A model generated the notes under the pieces. The model did no database searches, was not told the origin of the DNA, and saw only the letters and a program-made list of their open reading frames with translations. Positions 1 to 10,519 of a stretch of DNA of 64,000 nucleotides are shown here, piece after piece. Positions within the stretch are counted from its first letter, which is position 1. Every line of letters starts with the position of its first letter. The position numbers and the translations under genes were made by a program. Location of the stretch: NCBI GenBank assembly GCA_963767535.1, contig CAVYEC010000002.1, forward strand, positions 505,062 through 569,061, written 5' to 3'. The DNA is from an uncultured Planctomycetota bacterium (GTDB lineage: Bacteria > Planctomycetota > Planctomycetia > Gemmatales > Gemmataceae).

Positions 1-2519
1 GAAGGGCGCGGCCTGCGCCTGCTCGACCTGACTAATCTCGAACGCGACTGCGCTCCCCCGAAGCTCTCGTCGAGCACCTGGCTTATCAACAGCACGCGCG
101 TCCGGCCGCTGCACGGGCCGGAGCCGACGCTGCTCGGACAGGCTCGCACCGACGAAGCCGAGCAGACCCTGTCTCGTCCCATTCTCGAAAAACCGAAGGT
201 TTCTTCTCCCCAAACCATGAAACCGACCAAAGCACAGGCGGTGCCGCCGGTCCCGCACGCCAACGGTGCCGCGAACACCAACGGGGTTCCTCATCCGCCC
301 GCGTCCGTGGCCCCACCTCCCATCGCCCCGGTGTCCGGCGATGAGACGGCGCAGGTCATGTTGCGTTTCCAGGATTTGATGGCGAGGTTCCTGGATACGC
401 AGCGCAGCGTCATGCTCAACTATCTGCACGGAGGCGGATCGCCAGCTGAAGTGCCGAGCGTGCCCGAACCCGCCCTCCACACGACCAACGGCCACATTAC
501 CCAGCCGGTGCAGACTCCGGTCGCTGAGGAAAAGGTGTCAGGAACCTTTTCCGCTATGGAGTCGGCAGAAAAGGTTCCTGACACCTTTTTGGACCGCGAG
601 AGCGTAACGGCCCGTCTGCTCGACATAGTGTGCAAACGCACTGGCTATCCGGCGGAGATGCTGGGACTCGATCTGGACCTGGAGGCGGACCTCGGCATCG
701 ACTCCATCAAGCGCGTCGAGATCCTGGGGATGCTCGCGGACGGCGGGGGTCAACAACTCGGCGTGGCGATGGAGAAGCTGACGAACATCAAATCGCTGCG
801 CGGCATCATTGACTGCCTGGTCGCGGCCAGCGAGAGTGCGCAACCGCTACCAGCCCGCAGCGCCAGCAAGGGGGAAGCTGCACCGACTCCGCAGGCCGGT
901 ATTCAGCGAATGCTCGTCGCCGTGACCGATGCCTCGCCCGTGTCCGAAATCATGCCCGTCCTCCCCGGTGGCACGATCCTTTTGACGGATGATGGTGCCG
1001 GTGTGGCGGCAGACTTGGCGCAACGTCTGCGCGACCGGGGGCAGCAGGCGATCGTGATACGTGCCGCGGCCGATCCACAAGAGGACATTTTTCAGGCGGA
1101 CCTGACCGACTCGCAGGCGGTCGAGGACCTGCTGCGCCGCATTCACCAGCAATGCGGACCCGTAAACGGGCTTATCCACTTGATGCCGTTGGCGCCGCCG
1201 CGCGAGGGCCAGCCGTGGACGGATCGGCTTCGGCTCGATGTGAAATCGCTGTTCTTGCTGCGCGCGGCCTGGCTGACGAATTGCAGCGAGCCGGCGAGGG
1301 CGGCAATGCACTCCTCCTGGCCGCGACCGCAATGGGCGGCTCGTTCGGCAGCGGTCAAGATGGCCCCTTGCTGGACGACTTCTCGCCCGGACAGGGCGGC
1401 GTCGCCGGTCTGGTCAAGAGCCTGGCCCACGAGTGGCCGCAAGTCCTCGTCCGCGCCGTCGATCTCGATCGAAGCGAATCTGCCGATGCGCTCGCCGCCG
1501 CGCTACTCGCCGAACTGGGCGACACGGACGGACCTGTCGAGATCGGCTACCAGGGCGGACGGCGTCTGACGCTGCATTGCGTGCCCTGCCCGCTCGATGA
1601 GCGGGAGGATGCACCCGTTCTCTTGGGAACCGATTCGACGGTCCTGCTGACCGGCGGGGCGCGTGGCATCACCGCCGCCGTCGCGCTGGAGCTGGCCAAC
1701 CGCTATCGTCCCAACCTCGTGCTGGTCGGCCGATCGCCCTTGCCGGACGAACACGAGAGCTTGGACACCGCGAACCTGACCGAGTCGGCCGAGCTGAAGG
1801 CCGCCCTCATCGCCCGGCTTCGCCGCGAGGGCCGGCCCGCTTCGCCGGCCGTCGTCGAATCGGCGTACCAGCGTTTGCTCCACGACCGCGAGATTCGCGG
1901 CAACATCGAACGGCTGCGGCAGGCCGGCGCCCGCGTCCATTATTACCAAGCCGATGTCCGCGACGAGGCCGCCCTCACCGCCGTGCTCGACGACGTGTAC
2001 CGCCGCTTCGGCACCCTCGACGGTTTGATTCACGGGGCCGGCGTCATCCAGGACAAGCTGATCCGCGATAAGACGCCCGAATCCTACGATCGCGTCTTCG
2101 GCACGAAGGTCGAAAGTGCCTTGATCCTGAGCCGATGCGTTCGCTTCGAGCAACTTAAGTTCTGCGTGTTTTTCGCGTCGGTCGCCGGTCGATTCGGCAA
2201 CCGTGGCCAGTCCGACTATGCCGCCGCGAACGAGGTGTTGTGCAAGCTGGCCGTGCAACTGGATCGCCGTTGGCCGGGCCGAGTCGTGTCGATCGCCTGG
2301 GGGCCGTGGTCCAGTATCGGCATGGTTTCCGAACTGGAGCAGCACCTCGGCCAGCGCGGCTTGCAGATGATCCCGCCGGACGTCGGGCCGCGCTTCCTCG
2401 ACGAGGAATTGCGGCGGGGAAGCAAGGGCGAGTGTGAGGTGGTCATTGCCGGCGACGTGGGCCAGCTCGCCCTGCCGCGCCGCCCGGCCCGGGACGAAGT
2501 CGTCGAGGCGGCCCGCTAA
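1..2519 (+). CDS. Type I PKS / PUFA-synthase-like megasynthase, C-terminal part (Ala/Pro-rich linker - ACP - ketoreductase); 5' end is upstream of the window; frame break near 1260
   Basis: Frame 1 is open from base 1, with no stop before the ATG at 217. ACP motif LGLDLDLEADLGIDSIKRVEIL. KR/SDR motifs LLTGGARGITAAVALELA and SDYAAANEVL occur in ORF 1152..2519. The junction ..KSLFLL|ARGLADELQRAG.. implies a 1-nt deletion at ~1258-1262. Confidence 0.8.
530..589. repeat. 60-bp palindromic element (21-bp perfect arms, 18-nt spacer) embedded in-frame in the synthase linker
   Basis: aaaaggtgtcaggaacctttt (530-550) is the exact reverse complement of aaaaggttcctgacacctttt (569-589). It reads EKVSGTFS..AEKVPDTF on the + strand and a near-identical peptide on the - strand (ORF 420..641). 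It is AT-richer than its flanks. Confidence 0.85.
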
Positions 2520-2535
2520 GCGGACGAGGCAGGTC

Positions 2536-5500
2536 ATGGTTCCCACGCTCCCCGGCACGAACGCCAACCGACTCAACGGCCGCCGCGAAGAAGTGCCGTC
2601 CTCCTCGACCATGTCGTTGCGCTGGGAGAGTGAAGCCATCATCCTCCGCGGCGACGACCGCGACGAACTGCGCCGGCGCGTGCTGGAATTGGGCGACTTC
2701 CTGACGCACACCCCTGCCGTCGAGTTGAAGGATCTCGCCTTCACCCTCAATACGTCGCTGGCACCCGGAGGCAGCCGGTTGGCGATGGTGGTCGAGTCGG
2801 TCGCGGATTTGCAGACGAGACTGGCACGCGCGGACGAGCGCCTGGCCGACCCGCGTTGCCGGCAAATCAAGGACTCGCGCGGGAGCTATTTCTTCGAGAC
2901 ACCTCTGCACTCGCAAGGCAAACTCGCCCTGTTCTTCCCCGGCGAGGGCAGCCAGTATCTCAACATGCTTGGTGATCTACTGCCGCATTTTCCCGAAGTT
3001 CGCCAGCATTTCGAGCGCTGCGATCGCCTGTCGATGCGCGCGGTCGGCGCGACGAGCCGATCAGTCGCCATATCTTCCGGCCCGAAACCATCTCGGCGGC
3101 CGAGAAGGATGCGGCTGAGAAGGACCTGTGGCGGCTGGGCAATGCGGTCTCCAGCATCCTCATCGCCGAATGGGCGCTGTATCTGCTGCTGCACGAATTG
3201 GGGTTGCGGCCGGATGCGATCGGCGGGCACAGCGCCGGCGAGTTCTCCGCGCTTCTAGCGGCGGGTTGTGTCGAGCCGGATGATTTCTTCATCGAGCAGC
3301 TTTTCGCGCTGAGCCACGTTTTGCAGTGTCAGGAAGATGATCGGCAGTTGTCCGAAGTTACCCTTCTTGCCGTGGCCGCCGGGCGCCGCACCGCGGAGGA
3401 ACTTCTTGGCTCGGAGGCGGGCGTTTGCATCGCGATGGATAACTGCCCACATCAGACCGTCGTGGCCTGCCCACCCGCCGCGTCGGACTCCGTTGAGATG
3501 AGGCTGAGCGAGCATGGCATCGTGTGCGAACGGCTGCCATTTCGCCGTCCTTATCACACGCCGCTGTTCGAGCCGTTCCTCGGCCCCATCGTCCAGATGT
3601 ACGAGCGGCTGACGGTGCAGCCGCCCCGCCTTCCTCTGTATTCCTGCACCACCGGCCGGCTTTTTCCGACAGAACCCGCGGCGATCCGCCGGTTGGCGGT
3701 GTCTCACTGGGCCTCGCCGGTCGAGTTCGTCCGCCTCGCCGAAACGATGTACGCCGACGGCGTGCGGCTGTTCGTCGAGTGCGGGCCGCGCGGCAACCTG
3801 ACCGCATTTTTGCAAGACATTCTGCGCGGTAAACCCTGCGAGGCCGTGCCCGTCAACCTGTTCCACCGCTCCGGCCTGACGCAGCTCAACCATCTGGCCG
3901 CGCTGCTGGCGGCCCATCATGTTCCGCTGCGGTTGGAGCATCTGTATAACCGGCGTGACCCGCGCCGGATCGAATGGGAGCGCCGTCCGGTCGTAGGGTG
4001 GGCCGAGTCTTCGAGGCCCACCAGCAGGGGCGTGGTGGGCCTCGAAGACTCGGCCCACCCTACGGCTGACGCCCCCCGCGCCGCTGTTCTGGAACAATAC
4101 CTGGATGTGATGGAGCAATTTCTGGACGTAGAGCGCGAGGTCATGGAGCAATTCCTCGCCCACCCCCGGAGCGCGACGATTCGCTCCCCGGTGCGTCCGC
4201 TGCTCGGTGAGATCCTCCGTCACGAACCCGGCCGCGAGCTGGTCCTGCGTCGCCGCATGGACCTGGCCGAAGACCTGTACGCCTCCGATCACACGCTCGG
4301 CTCGCGCCACGCCAGCGCCATGGATCCCACGCAGCACGGGCTGCCGTTCATGCCGATGGCCTTCAGTCTGGAAATGATGGCCGAGGCCGCCGCCGTCCTC
4401 GTGCCCGGTAAACTCGTCCTCGGCTTCCGGCGCGTCCGCCTCCAGCGCTGGATACCGTTCGACGACGAACCGACCACCGTCGAGTTGACGGCCCGCGTTC
4501 GGCTCGACGCGGTGAACGAGATCGTCATGGAGATACGCGACTTCGGTAACACCGTCTGCCCCGGCAATGCCGACTCTCCCGCGATCACGGGCACGGTGAT
4601 CCTGGGCGATCACTATCCCAATCCGCCGCCCGCCGAGGATTTTCCGCTCACCCACGAGACGCCCTGCCGTTACACTCCGCATCAGCTTTACGAAGGCGAG
4701 CATCGTCTGTTTCACGGCCCGCTGTTTCAGGCGCTGGTTTCGACCGACCGGCGCGGCGACGAGGGCATTGAAGGGAAACTACAAACCCTCCCGCACTCCG
4801 GACTGTTCCGCTCCAGCTCCGAGCCGGACTTGCTGCTCGATCCGCTGTTGATCGACGCCTCGACGCACTTGCTGGGCTGCTGGCACCTCGGCCTGCCCGA
4901 CCAGACCGGCCGTGTCGTCCTCCCGTATGAGTTGGGCGAGGTCACGATTTATGGACCGCGCCCGGCCGTCGGCACGCGCATCGGCTGTCGCGTCCGCATC
5001 GAGCGCCAGTCGGCGCGGCAGGTTCGCCATCGCATCGACCTGCTCTCCCCGGATGGGCGATTATGGTGCCGGCTCGACGCGGCGGAATACTGGCGCTTCT
5101 ATTGGCCGATCGAATACGTAGATTTCTTCCGCCATAAGGACCGTTTCTTCCTGGCCGGCCCGTGGCCGCTGCGCGGCGTCGCGGCCCATCGAGGACACTG
5201 CACTCGCATCGAGCCGTCCGACGATCTTTGCCAGCCGGTGCCGCGAGGGGCCGTGGCCCGTGTTACCCTGACTCGCTCGGAATGGAGTCGTTTTCGCCTC
5301 CTCAAAGTGCCTGAAAATGAGCGAACCCAATGGCTGTTCGGCCGCATCGCGGCCAAGGACGCAATCCGCTCGCTGTGGCAGGAGCGTCACGGCCAGCGTC
5401 TGTGCCCCGCCGACATCGAACTGGACGCGGACGCGCACGGCCGGCCGCTGCCGCGCTATCGCGGAGAGGAACTCATCGCGGCGCTGCCGTCGGTCTCGTT

Positions 5501-5948
5501 CGCCAGTGTCCCCGGTGTTTGTGCGGCTGTGGCCGTTTTCGGGCGAACACCCGGCATGGCCTTAAGGCGGTTATCCACGGTAGGGTGGGCCGAGTCTTCG
5601 AGGCCCACCAGCAGGGGCGTGGTGGGCCTCGAAGACTCGGCCCACCCTACGGATGCGGCTGAACGTGATTTGCTTGACGGTTTCGGACAGGACCGTGCTG
5701 AGTGGGCGGTTCGCTTCGACTGCGCCCGCGCCGCCGTGGCGAATGCCCTGGGTTCGGCCCTGGCGGATGAGCCGCGCGGTGTCGTCGTCCGCGCGGCAGA
5801 CCGGCAGACCGGACGCATCCTCGTGGCGCTGGGACCGCGCCTGCTGACCGTGTATCCTCAGTTCCGACTCGATCTCTTGGCCGTGGATACGGTGCGCGAA
5901 GGCGATCTGATCGTCGCCACGACTTTTTGCGAAAGGGAATGCCGATGA
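2536..5948 (+). CDS. Multidomain acyltransferase - dehydratase-like - 4'-phosphopantetheinyl transferase protein; frame break near 3030
   Basis: AT motifs FFPGEGSQY (ORF 2434..3258) and GHSAGEFSALLAAG (ORF 3198..5948). The junction RCDRL|(F)DARGRRDEPISRHIF indicates a 1-nt deletion at ~3028-3032. The central region is hot-dog/DH-like (DHTLGSRH..LPFMPMAFSLEMMAEAA). The C-terminus has PPTase-like motifs: FGRIAAKDAIRSLW, DAHGRPL, CARAAVANALG. Confidence 0.75.
3993..4063. repeat. 71-bp palindromic element, copy 1, in-frame inside the AT-DH-PPTase CDS
   Basis: gtagggtgggccgagtcttcgaggcccacc / agcaggggcgt / ggtgggcctcgaagactcggcccaccctac, with 30-bp perfect arms. Translated as VGWAESSRPTSRGVVGLEDSAHPT without a stop. 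Confidence 0.9.
5579..5649. repeat. 71-bp palindromic element, copy 2 (identical to copy 1), in-frame inside the PPTase-like domain
   Basis: Identical 71-mer to 3993..4063. Translated as VGWAESSRPTSRGVVGLEDSAHPT. Confidence 0.9.
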
Positions 5949-6223
5949 CGCGAACGAAGGAACAGATCCAGAACGACGTATCCGATATTCTTCGCAATTT
6001 CAACGGCCGCGAGTATTCCGGCGACCTCGGCCCGCGGACGTGCTTTTTCGGCGACCTGGGCCTCGCCTCCATCGACGCCGTGGTCCTGGGCGAGACGCTC
6101 GAAGAGCACTACGGCCGAAAGCTTCCCTTCCACCTGTTCATGGCCGACCTGGGCCGAAGGGCGGTGCGGGACATTCAGCTCGGCGAACTGGTGTCCTTCT
6201 TGCATCAACATTTGAACGCATAA
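5945..6223 (+). CDS. Stand-alone acyl carrier protein-like protein
   Basis: 92 aa. The ATG overlaps the upstream TGA (ATGA). The helix-II-like segment FGDLGLASIDAVVLGETLEE resembles the ACP DSL/Ser attachment region. Confidence 0.6.
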   Translation: MTRTKEQIQNDVSDILRNFNGREYSGDLGPRTCFFGDLGLASIDAVVLGETLEEHYGRKLPFHLFMADLGRRAVRDIQLGELVSFLHQHLNA

Positions 6224-6239
6224 ACAACGGATCGAACTT

Positions 6240-7118
6240 ATGCCGCGCGTTACCGTCGAGGGGATGAAGTTCTACTACCAACAGGCCGGCGAGGGGCCGG
6301 ACGTGGTGCTGCTGCACGGCGTCACCGGCAACATGGCGATCTGGCCGCTCATCAACCTGATGCCGACGCTGGCCGCCGATTTCCGCGTCACCGCCTACGA
6401 CCTGCGCGGCCACGGCTACAGCGACACGCCGCCGGACGGCTACACCTCCGCCGACATGGCCGGCGACCTCGTGAAGATTCAGCGTGCGCTCGGCCTGGGA
6501 CCGATGTACGTGCTCGGCCACAGTTTCGGCGGCGTCATCGCCTTGCATGCCGCCGTCCTCTATCCCGATGCGATCGCAGGGTTGGTGCTGTCCGATCCGT
6601 ATTTCCCCGGCTTGCGGCACTTGGAGGGCAGCCTCGGCCGGTGGAGCGGTTGGCAGGATTACAAGGTCGAGGCCAACCGCGCCGGCCTGGAAGTAAACGA
6701 GGAGAACTGGTTCGACGTGGGCGAGCTATTCAAACAGACGGCGAACCTGTCGCCGGAGCGCCGCGAGATGTTCCGCAAGGAACTGGGTTTGGCCGCGATG
6801 GATCGCCTCACGCGCCTGGCCGCCACGACATGCGGCGAGGACGTGAAAGCCGTGGCCGGTTTGACGGCCGAGCAGATTTGCTCCGTATCGCATCCAGCGC
6901 TGGCTCTGTACGGCGAACACTCGCCGTTTCTGGAGACGTGCCGCTTCCTCGAAGCGAACCTCCCGAACTGCCGCGTGTCCCTCGTGCCCAGGGCCAAGCA
7001 CCGCGCCCACGAGGAAAACCCTGTCGAGTACGTCGCGCTCGTCCAGCACCATTTGCGCGCGATGGCCGGCATCGGCGAACGGGAAGACCAATCGCAAGCG
7101 GTGGGGGGGAGGACATGA
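6240..7118 (+). CDS. Alpha/beta-fold hydrolase
   Basis: HG oxyanion region VVLLHGVTGN, nucleophile elbow GHSFGG, C-terminal His (AKHRAHEE). Confidence 0.8.
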   Translation: MPRVTVEGMKFYYQQAGEGPDVVLLHGVTGNMAIWPLINLMPTLAADFRVTAYDLRGHGYSDTPPDGYTSADMAGDLVKIQRALGLGPMYVLGHSFGGVIALHAAVLYPDAIAGLVLSDPYFPGLRHLEGSLGRWSGWQDYKVEANRAGLEVNEENWFDVGELFKQTANLSPERREMFRKELGLAAMDRLTRLAATTCGEDVKAVAGLTAEQICSVSHPALALYGEHSPFLETCRFLEANLPNCRVSLVPRAKHRAHEENPVEYVALVQHHLRAMAGIGEREDQSQAVGGRT

Positions 7119-7898
7119 CCCTGCAAGGCAAGGTCGCGGTAGTCACGGGCGCAGCCAGCGGGATGGGCCGGGCGCTCTGCCACGAACTGGCGCGAGAAAA
7201 TGCGTCTGGGCCTGCTGGATCGCAACACGGACGGACTGGATTTGCTGGTCGGCGAACTGCGTGCCATCGGAGCGACCTGCGCTCTTGCCCCGGCCGACGT
7301 GCGCGATCGGTCGGCCGTGCGAAGCGCCATCCACTCCCTTGCCGAAGAGTTGGGGCCGGTGGATTTGCTGGTCGCTTGCGCGGGCATCACGGGGGCCACG
7401 CTTGTTGATGATCTGGCCGTCGAGGAGACCGAACGGCTCATGCAGGTGAACGTCCTCGGTATCGCCTACTGCATCGACGCGGTTTTGCCGGACATGCTGG
7501 CCCGCGGCCGCGGTCACATCGTCGCCCTGTCGAGCCTGGCGGGATGCCGCGGGATGCCGTTTTCCGCCGCCTACTGTGCCAGCAAGGCGGCGCTGTCGAA
7601 TTACCTGGAAAGCCTGCGCCCGTCGCTCCGTCACCGCGGAATCGTTATCACCACCGTGTTGCCAGGCTTTGTCCGGACACCGCTCATGGCCGGCGCGCTC
7701 GTGCAGCCGCCGATCCCGATGATGGAGCCAGAGGCGGCGGCGCGACACATTCTGCGGGCGATCCATCGTAGGAGTCGGGTGTATGCGTTCCCGTGGAGCA
7801 TGAGTCTGATGTTGGGGGCACTGCGCTGGCTGCCGGCGTGGTTGTACGACGGGTGCATGGCGATGAGTACAAAAAAAATACCCAATGTTAGGTATTGA
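7115..7898 (+). CDS. Short-chain dehydrogenase/reductase (SDR); frame break in the A-run at 7197-7200
   Basis: TGAASGMG Rossmann motif (ORF 6641..7408 frame), then YCASKAA (YxxxK) in ORF 7200..7898. ATGA overlap with the hydrolase stop. Confidence 0.8.
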
Positions 7899-7910
7899 GC
7901 GGGAGAAGGA

Positions 7911-8792
7911 ATGGCGAATTTATCGGGACTCACCGTGCCGGAAAAGACGGGGCCACCCGTTCCCGCTCCCGATCCCGTTCCCCATCCCGAAGGGGAACGG
8001 GAACGGAATGGTCTGCGCGGTGAAGTCGCCGTCGTGACAGGAGCGGGAGGCGGAATCGGCCGCGCTCTTTGTCACGCCCTCGCGGCCGCCGGCTGCCGGC
8101 TCGGCCTCGTCAACCGCACGGCCGGCAAGCTCGACGTGCTTGCCAAAGAACTGAAGCCGACCGGCACCGCCTTGAGCGCCCACGCGGTTGATGTCCGCGA
8201 CGCCGAGGCATTGACCGCTGCGTTGTCGGCCATCGAATCGGATCTCGGCCCAGTGGACCTGCTCATTCACAACGCCGGCGTCGCCCATGTGACGCGGGCG
8301 GCCGCGCCGGATCTCGATGATTTCGAGGAGATGCTGCGCGTCAATTACCTCGGCGGCGTTCACGCCATCGCGGCCGTGTTGCCGGGCATGATCGCGCGCG
8401 GACACGGGCGAATCGTGGCGATCAGTTCACTCAATTCGCATCGCGGCATGGCCTGGTCGGCGGGATACTCGGCGAGCAAGGCGGCGATCTCGACGTACCT
8501 GGAGAGCCTTCGCCCCGCCCTGCGCCGTCGCGGAATCCTCGTGACAACCGCCTTCCTCGGCTTCGTGGATACGCCCATGACACGGGCGATGCCGCTGGGC
8601 TTTCCGGTCTGGATGATGAGTCCCGAGCGGGCCGCCAAGCACATCGTCCGTGCCATCGTTCACGGCCGCCGTGAGCTCTATGCTCCCTGGCACGAAGCAC
8701 TCGGCGCAAGCATCCTTCGGTATCTTCCCGCGTGGGCTTTCGATTGGATCATGGCGACCTTCGGCCGGCGCATCATCAAGGGAGACTACTGA
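7911..8792 (+). CDS. Short-chain dehydrogenase/reductase (SDR), paralogue of the preceding gene
   Basis: VTGAGGGIG, NAG and YSASKAA motifs. The C-terminal half is collinear with 7115..7898. Confidence 0.85.
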   Translation: MANLSGLTVPEKTGPPVPAPDPVPHPEGERERNGLRGEVAVVTGAGGGIGRALCHALAAAGCRLGLVNRTAGKLDVLAKELKPTGTALSAHAVDVRDAEALTAALSAIESDLGPVDLLIHNAGVAHVTRAAAPDLDDFEEMLRVNYLGGVHAIAAVLPGMIARGHGRIVAISSLNSHRGMAWSAGYSASKAAISTYLESLRPALRRRGILVTTAFLGFVDTPMTRAMPLGFPVWMMSPERAAKHIVRAIVHGRRELYAPWHEALGASILRYLPAWAFDWIMATFGRRIIKGDY

Positions 8793-8795
8793 GCC

Positions 8796-9633
8796 ATGAG
8801 CACGGCCCTGCGTGAAAGACCCTCTCGGAATCTCCCTTCCCCGGCGCTATCCCTTCGCTGTGTGGATTGTGGTTCGTCGCTGGCCGAGATCGGCGCTGCC
8901 TGTGATGTTTGCGGACGCGACTATCCCATCCGGGACGGATTGCTGATCGCGCAGGGCGAATTGACGGGGAAGAATCGCATCGCCGCCGCGTTTTACAACA
9001 GCGACCGCTGGCAGCGTTTTCGATTCTGGGAGCAATTGTTTCTCAAGACGCTGGGCGGCCTGCCGGCGCACGCGCATGCAGATCCTCCGTCATCTGCGAC
9101 GCCTCAATGGTGAAACACTGCTGGAGATTGGCATCGGCGACGGGGAGAATGTCGCGCTGCTGCCGCGCAGCCTGCGGATCGCCGGCATCGACATCGCCGA
9201 GCGGCCGCTATCTGCCTGCCGGGATCGTCACGCCGGCCGCAACCTGTTGCTCGCCCTGGCCGAGGGCGAACGCATCCCGTTCGCCGACCGTTCGTTCGAC
9301 GCGGTCCTGTGCGTTGGCGGTTTTAACTTCTTTAGCGACCCGGAAAGCGCACTGAAAGAAATGGCTCGCGTCACCCGTCCGGGCGGCCGGATCGTCGTCG
9401 CCGATGAGTTGCCCGACCTGTTCGAGTGGGGTTGGGGACACCTGATCGGTTGTCCGCGCATCGACACCTGGCTCTTGAAACGAATCTGGCTCGGGCCCGA
9501 ATTCGCGGACATGGTACTCGGCAACCACCTCGACGTGGCTGCCGTCGCCCATTCAGCGCCTCCATCGCCCCGTCATTCATCGCATCTGGCGCGGCCTCGG
9601 TTACTGTATCGTCGGCACGACGCCCCGCGCATA
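8796..9633 (+). CDS. Class I SAM-dependent methyltransferase with N-terminal Trm112-like zinc ribbon; two frame breaks (~9065, ~9550)
   Basis: CVDCGSS..CDVCGRDYPIRDGLL zinc ribbon, LEIGIGDG motif I, and a third-frame tail ..IWRGLGYCIVGTTPRA* collinear with the next gene. Confidence 0.65.
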
Positions 9634-9664
9634 AACTCACTAACACGCTTCTTCGGAGGCTTCC

Positions 9665-10519
9665 ATGATTGCGACCCAAACACTCTCGAATACCTGGATT
9701 CACGATTGCGATTTCATGCAGTGCCCCGACTGCGGCGGGCGTCTCGAAGCGCCGTTCACGGCGACGCCGGATGGGTTGGCTTGTCTGTCGTGCCATCGCT
9801 CCTTCCCGATCCGCGACGGTTTGCTCGACCTGCTCAAGCCGCTTTCAGGCAACAACAAGGTCGCCGCCGACTTCTACAACGGCCCGCTCTGGCCGCGCTT
9901 CCGCTTCTGGGAATGGTTCACGTTTTTCTGCAACGGCGGCGAACGCCGCGCTCGCCGGCAGATCATGAAGTACCTGCCCGACCTGTCCGGCACGCGCCTC
10001 CTAGAAGTGGCCATCGGCGACGGGGCGAACGTGCCGCTTATCCCCGACGATTGCCAGGTCTACGGCAACGACATCTCCGTCGTGCAGCTAACCAATTGCC
10101 ACCGACTTTATCCCAAGCGCGACTTGCGTTTGTTTCTCGGCGAGGCGGAAAACCTGCCGTTTCGCGATCACAGCTTTGACAACGTCCTGAGCGTCGGCGC
10201 GTTCAATTACTTCAGCGATCCCGTAAAATCGCTCCGAGAGATGGCTCGTGTGGTCAAGCCCGGCGGACTGGTCGTTGTCGCCGACGAGGTGCCGAACCTG
10301 CCTAACCGGATGATCGGCCACTGGATCGGACTTCCGAAACTCGACCGCTGGATCATGTCGCGCTTCATGAACCTCGGCCCCGAGTTCACCGACATGGTGG
10401 ACAAACACCGCGATCTCCAACTCGAACCGATCGTCCGCGAGGCGCTGACGGACTGGCAGATTTATTCGCTGTGGTTCAAGGTGGGCTACTGCATCGTCGG
10501 CCGGCCCAAGGAGCAGTGA
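9665..10519 (+). CDS. Class I SAM-dependent methyltransferase with N-terminal Trm112-like zinc ribbon (intact paralogue)
   Basis: CPDCGGRL..CLSCHRSFPIRDGLLDLL, LEVAIGDG motif I, VKPGGLVVVADE. Confidence 0.8.
   Translation: MIATQTLSNTWIHDCDFMQCPDCGGRLEAPFTATPDGLACLSCHRSFPIRDGLLDLLKPLSGNNKVAADFYNGPLWPRFRFWEWFTFFCNGGERRARRQIMKYLPDLSGTRLLEVAIGDGANVPLIPDDCQVYGNDISVVQLTNCHRLYPKRDLRLFLGEAENLPFRDHSFDNVLSVGAFNYFSDPVKSLREMARVVKPGGLVVVADEVPNLPNRMIGHWIGLPKLDRWIMSRFMNLGPEFTDMVDKHRDLQLEPIVREALTDWQIYSLWFKVGYCIVGRPKEQ

Noticed and set aside
217-219. The ATG at 217 as the start of the first synthase gene, as suggested by the ORF track.
   Set aside because: Frame 1 is open from base 1 with no stop. The sequence upstream of 217 translates to plausible linker sequence, so the CDS enters the window from upstream.
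1503-4715. Large antisense ORFs (1503..2870 and 3255..4715, minus strand) opposite the synthase genes.
   Set aside because: The same GC-rich antisense-frame artefact applies. The plus-strand frames carry unambiguous ACP, KR and AT motifs.
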